Assembly (NCBI GenBank): GCA_028870995.1
Contig: JAGWOI010000002.1
Span: 46,463-110,462, forward strand
Direction of reading: 5' to 3'
Source of the DNA: Candidatus Omnitrophota bacterium
Lineage (GTDB): Bacteria > Omnitrophota > Gorgyraeia > Zapsychrales > Fredricksoniimonadaceae
DNA length: 64,000 nucleotides
Shown here: piece by piece, positions 55,901 to 61,900 of the stretch
How the letters are laid out: each line of letters starts with the position of its first letter
Position numbering within the stretch: the first letter of the stretch is position 1
The notes under the pieces: model-generated
Database searches by the model: none
Told to the model about the DNA's origin: nothing
Seen by the model: the letters and a program-made list of their open reading frames with translations, nothing else
Made by a program: the position numbers and the translations under genes

Positions 55901-58900
55901 ATGAGGCGGTGAAAGTCCTGGAACGCGGCCGTAATATTTCCTTGTCGGTCTTAGACACTTATGAAAGGGCATTAAAGGTGGTCGATAAAGCTATCGCCAC
56001 TGAGAAAGTCTTAAGGGAGACCGACAAAAATGCGGAACTTAAGCATATACCAGGGATATTGCAGATACAACCCAACAAAGAATCGCTTTTAAAGGGAGAG
56101 AAACCCGAACAAGCATTGATCATTGTCCAGGACGAGAAGACCGGCAGGGCCCTTGCCAGGGTGACGCAGCAATTACCTCTGAAAGAGTATCTTTCTAAGG
56201 AGGATCAGGGTTTGACCCCGCTGGAGGTAACACGCAAACTGATAGAGGACAACATCAATTATATGAAATTCCGCGCGGCTTTGACAGATGTTAAAGCACA
56301 GATAGTGGCGCATTTTGTTCAAGACAATACGGCCATGAATGCTCTTAAGCGTATCGAACAGTTAAGACCAGACACCGAGAATATGCAAGAAATGATGAGC
56401 AAATTGAAAGAGGCGGCCGAAAGCGGGAATGAAACTGTCAGAAGCGCGTATGCCCTGATTGCGGATAATTCTTCTGAGACTGCGTTACGGGTATTAGCAG
56501 AAATTTTCTCGACGCAGACGAAGGCGATTCCTGACGGACAAGATATTAAGTTCATGAACCCTAAGACCGGCAGAGGCGCTGTTTTCACCAAGGAGGGGAC
56601 CTTGGTCAGGTTCGTGGCCCAAGAAAATTTTAAGCCAAGCGAAGATCGACAGATTCAAGATATGCGTTCCCAATTTGATGAGACGATCAACTCTTCTCTT
56701 AGAGAACTTTCCGAAGCCCATACCAAGGCCGAAACGACCTTTGATCCGATGCTTCAGAAGATATCCCAGGCCGGTGAGAAAAAGGACACAGCTGATATTC
56801 AAATGTCTTTGGCAGATTTAAGCGATGCACGTCAAGCGGCAGGCAAATTACTGGAAATCGCAAAGAATCAAGGAGGCAATGCCTTTGTCAGGCTGGGAAG
56901 TTCAGACCGCTTTGCGGGAATAGTCGCAGACCCATTGTTGCTTGCACAGATGGGTGTTTCGACAATGGTTAATTATGAGGGATCTAACAGCCGTGAAATG
57001 ACAGTGAAAGCGGGGACGGTATTGCCGGAAAAAGCCTCCGAGGCCATTTCAGCCAGCTTTAGGGGGGTGAACATCACAGTTTCTAAATTGGTTTCAGCGA
57101 AAAATAACGCCATTGAACAAAGGGTGGAATTGCCCCAGGGAGATGAAACCTTATTCAATTTCTTTCGCAACATGAAATATATAAAGAAGGTGGGGGTAAA
57201 GTATGAAATGGTGCGTCAGGCTGCCATTCAAATTCAACTTCAGCCTCAACCCGGCCACGAAAGAGAATTTGCCAACACCTTCTTCCATGAAGATATTCAC
57301 GGCCTTATTGAAACGGATCCCGAAGTTAGGAAGCAGGCTGATGAATATTTGGATTCGAAGAGTATGGAGTATGGGAAAAATAATACAGAAGCCTTTAATG
57401 CGTTAAAGGTGTTCAATGCGGCCTACAGGGCTTTGGGGTATGAAGCAAGTAAGAATGAAGTAGTCGAAAAAGAAGAATTTATTCCTTGGGTGGCGGACTT
57501 AAATACGCTTATAGGTTCGTTCGGCAGCTTAGATAAAATGAGTGCAGGGGAGATTCAAAGGCTTCCTTTACCGCAAGATAAGATTGCCGATTTATTATTA
57601 GTGAAGCAAGGGCTTTTAAATCCTGAATATAGAGAGTATTGGAATTCAGTTTCCGACAATATCAACAGGCTGGTTTCAAAATCGTTTGCCGGACATATGC
57701 AGGGTGGAGTAACTACCGGATTTGAAGCTGAGCAAAACTTCAAAGAGTTAGCCCGACAAGCCAAGGAAAATCAATCCAACCAGGCCATGGCCTCGCCGCG
57801 CAGCGCCAATGAGGTCATGAGCTTATTGGGGACGCCGGAAGGTTTGAGTAAACAATTAGCCGAATCCAAGAAGTTCTGGCGCACGGCCGCAGGCAAGGCT
57901 GCGGTTGATGCGGCCATCAGACTCGCCAAGAGCTACGGGGTCAAGGCCAATTATGACCCCTCGTCGGGTGCCCTGGTATTGACGCTGCCGGCCAACCGCC
58001 AGCGGCCGATGGAAATTTCTGCCGTCGTATTCCCCGTCAAAAAATTGGACAGGGCCGGCTATTATGAAGCCGCAGCCTTGGGCCAGCGGGACGTTATCCT
58101 GGTCGACTCCAGCGTTCCCGATATGCTCACCGCCTTCAAGGAAGAAATCCAGCATTTCCGCGATTCTTTCACGGACAAGGATGAGATTTTAAGCGAGATG
58201 AAGGTCAAAGCCCGCCTGAACGAAGAGCCCTATGCCGGTGCCATGCAGGCCATTCAGACGGTGGAAAGGCAATTCAAGACCGGGGCCATCAGGCCGCAAG
58301 AGGCGGATGGCAGGATCAAAGAAATCCTCAAGCCCGTTGAAGTGGCTTTGAGCCGCGAAGGGTATACCTCGGTTTCTTCAAAATCTTACGATACCCGCAA
58401 AGGCCTGATCGAAAGATGGCAGGAAGAAAAGAACCAGGCCATGACCAGCGATGCAGCCGAGCAGTTCCAACCCATTTGGAACATCCTTAAAAGTGTTCCG
58501 GACTTGCAACATAAAACGATCCTGGCTTTAGGAGAGACGGAAGGCTCCATCCCTTCAACCGTCGGCTTCCTGCAGTCGGCCGGGGCTGATCATGTGACGA
58601 CAGTGAATAGACTTGATTATCTCAAAGAACAACCGCAGGGTTCCGTGGATGTGGCTTTTGCCCGTTTTGCCTTTTATCCTCATGAACAGTTCAGCGCGAC
58701 TCCCGATGCCCAAGGGCTGCGCCCGGCCCTTATCAAGAGGTATGAACCGCTGGTCAAGGCGCTCAAGACCGGTGGCATGTTCATCAATGTTTATGAACGG
58801 CAGTACGAGCCCTATATCCTCAATCCCGCCGAACTGCAAGCCCTGCATTTACAGGCCGCCCAGAAGCTTATTGAGACAACCCTAAAGGTCGGCGATAAAG

Positions 58901-61900
58901 AATACCGGGTGCCGGCGGTCATGGTTGTTTACATGAAGGAACCCGCAAACCCGGCCCAGATGAGCATGCCGCAGCAGAATAATTGGGATGCCCTGCGCAG
59001 TGCCCTGGCCAATATCGGCATCCATATCGGCGCGCCTAAAGCCCTCAGCATGACTCCGGCCTTAAATAGGCCTGACTGGGCCATGATGAAACAGGAGCAG
59101 GAAGATCGCCTGCAGAGATTGACAGATGAATACCGCCAGATGAGTGAAAGGCAGATGGATACTTCATCCAACCATGTGGGTTCTTCCACCTATGCCGGTG
59201 CCGTGGATGTCAAGAACGTCCAGACCATTGCCTACGATGACCAGGCCATGATCGTCTATTGGGCCAATAAGGGCGATATCTTCAGGCTGGCGGCAGGGCT
59301 TATCCCCGACGGCATTTTCAAATTCACACCGCGCCATCCTCCGGAAGACGATGATCCCGATGCATCCGTGGCCTTGGAGCAATGGAAGGTCGGCCGCAGC
59401 GCCGCAGGTGCCGCCCTGGCCAAATTGGACAAAGCCCAGCTTGTCCCGATCCTGGTGCAGGCCTTACAGGCCCGCCATGACAGCAAAGCTTTTGAGGTGG
59501 TGTTTAGCTTCGGCCAGTTGTGGGCAGAGGTCAAGCATGCTTCCGCCTCCGATTTACAAGACATTAAAACGGCGCTCTCCTTGGTGCAGGCTCCGGCGGT
59601 GAGGACTATGGCGGCACAGGAACGGGCCAAGTATGAAATACCGGCGACCGCGCCGCCGCAGGAAGAAATCAGCATTGCCCCTGCCGTGCAGTCCTACATT
59701 GAGAAATTTGCTACCCAATATCCTTATGATTTCGCGATGCTCGCCAAGCGTGGGCCAGGTTTCCGCCGCGATGTGTTGGCTGACAGCGCGCATTTGATTC
59801 CTATCCTGTTCCGGGCCCAGCGTTTGGCCTTGATCAATTCACTGGCGCTTAGGTCCGGCAACCAGGTAGGGTCTTCCATCGCTACTTCTTCGTCGACGGT
59901 CAGCCTGGTTAAATTCAATCTGAGCGACCTGGTCATGTTCACCTATCAGCTGGGTCATTTCAAGGGCGAGAAGGCCAGGATCGTTTTGGAAATCTTCCTG
60001 AACATGGCTGGATTCAATCTGCTGAAGGCCATGCCGCAGAATGACATTGCCCCCGACGATGATGACAGGGCCAATTTGAAGCAGGAAAGGGATCTCATCC
60101 GCGGCGCCTTTAAGACAGCCGGCTTGACCAATGCGGCCATGATCGTGGGTTACTTTAGAAAGTATGATGTGGCCGCCGATTTGAAGGATAAAGCCCGCCG
60201 AAATGATTTGACGCAACTCCTTGAGGTGGCGCTGACTACAGAACAGGGCCAGGGCGACTACACGCCGCCGTCCGATATTGTTGATCAGGCCCAGCAGATG
60301 GTTGACGAAATCGGTGCCGCCCGGAACGCCGCACCGGTTGAGACGAATGTTCAACCCGGCATGCCGGTCATGCCGCCGGCCGTTCCGCTGCCGGTGGTGC
60401 GCCAGAGCCTGGATCTGGCCATGGCGGCCGGCAGTGATGAAGTGCCGCGGTATGCCGAGAATACGGCGGCCAATGTCAGGACGGATGTCAACGAAACGCC
60501 GCTTTCCCCGACGGATGAGAGAGCTTTGCTGGCTGCGGCACCTTCAGGCGCCTTGAGCAATGCGGCGATGAGCAGCGACAATTATCTTGAAAAAGTGCTG
60601 GCGGCCTCCGGCGGCAAGAGCATCAGGAAGGGCCAACAGGAGGCATTCAGAGATTTATTGCAGAAGAACGGCCGGATTGAGCAGGCTTTGGAAAAAGGCG
60701 GAATCTGGATAGGTAATGTCGGTGTCGGCGCGGGCAAGAGTTCGGCGGGTCCTGTAGCGATTTGGGCCGCACTTCAGGATACTTCCAAGGGCGCCAAACT
60801 GGTCGTCCTGCAGCATTCCAGCGCCTTGATCAAGCAGAACCTGCAGGAAGTCCAGGCCTATGCTGCCGGCTTTGATCCCAATATCAAGGTGGCAGAGATC
60901 AAGGTTGATCCGCAGGGTACCAACATAAAAGATGCGCTGCAAAAGGTCAATGAGGGTAATATTCTCCTGATCAACAACAAGGATGCCCAAACATTGATCG
61001 GCCTGGCCAGGAACGGTAATGCCGAAGCCAAGGCGGCTCTAGGTGTTTTGGTTTCTCAAGGGGCTCTCTATGACGATGAAATCGTCTCCGCACCTGATTT
61101 GAATATCGGCGGCAAGTCAAACAGTAAAACTTCTCAGGATATTATTAAAGGTGTTCAGTATGCCATTGAACAGCTCAAGGCCGCCAGCAATGGCTCACTG
61201 GAAGATGTATTTGCCAGCGTCAAGACCAGGAACGAAGAAGAGGGCAGCATCCGCGTATCCACCAGCAAGACGGCGGAAGAGGTGCTGTTAAGTGAATTTC
61301 CTGACATGAACACCCTCGAAGAGATCAGGGGCACCCAAGAAGGCCGCAACGCTGAAGCATACCTGCAAGCCGTGGTCGAAGCTATTGCCATGATCAAGGA
61401 AGATGAAGTGGCGATCAGCCCTGACGGCAAGATCATGAACCAGGCTGACGCCTACGGCGTTGTTTCCCAGGGGGTCATTACGTCAGATCCTTATTTGATT
61501 GCGGCCGAAGTCCTGGTCAAGAGGATGATCGACCATCAGCCGGTCACTCAGGAGATTTTGAACAATATCGAGCACCAGGTTGAAGGCGAGCGCGTGCGCG
61601 GGGATGCCATTATCCGGGAATTCGGCCATGCCAAGCGACCGGTTATCCTCCTGTCAGGCAGCGTCACGCCGTTCATTGCCGATGAATTTAGGCTTTTATT
61701 GGGCGCCCAGTCCTTGACGCCCATCAATGGGTTTGATCTTGGCCGGTTAAAGACGAGCGAAGGCCAATGGATCAAGGAGATCACGCCTGCGGCCGACATT
61801 GAAGAGGCTGTTGCCGACATCGAGGCCGTGGTGCAGAAACCCGGGACAAGGAGCGTCATAGTCCCGCTGGCGGTCAGAGAACCCGGGAAAACCAATTCTC

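Noticed and set aside
59940-60030. Fic-like motif (LGHFKGEKARIVLEIFLNMAGF)
   Set aside because: Lacks the HPFxxGNGR core; the resemblance is too weak.
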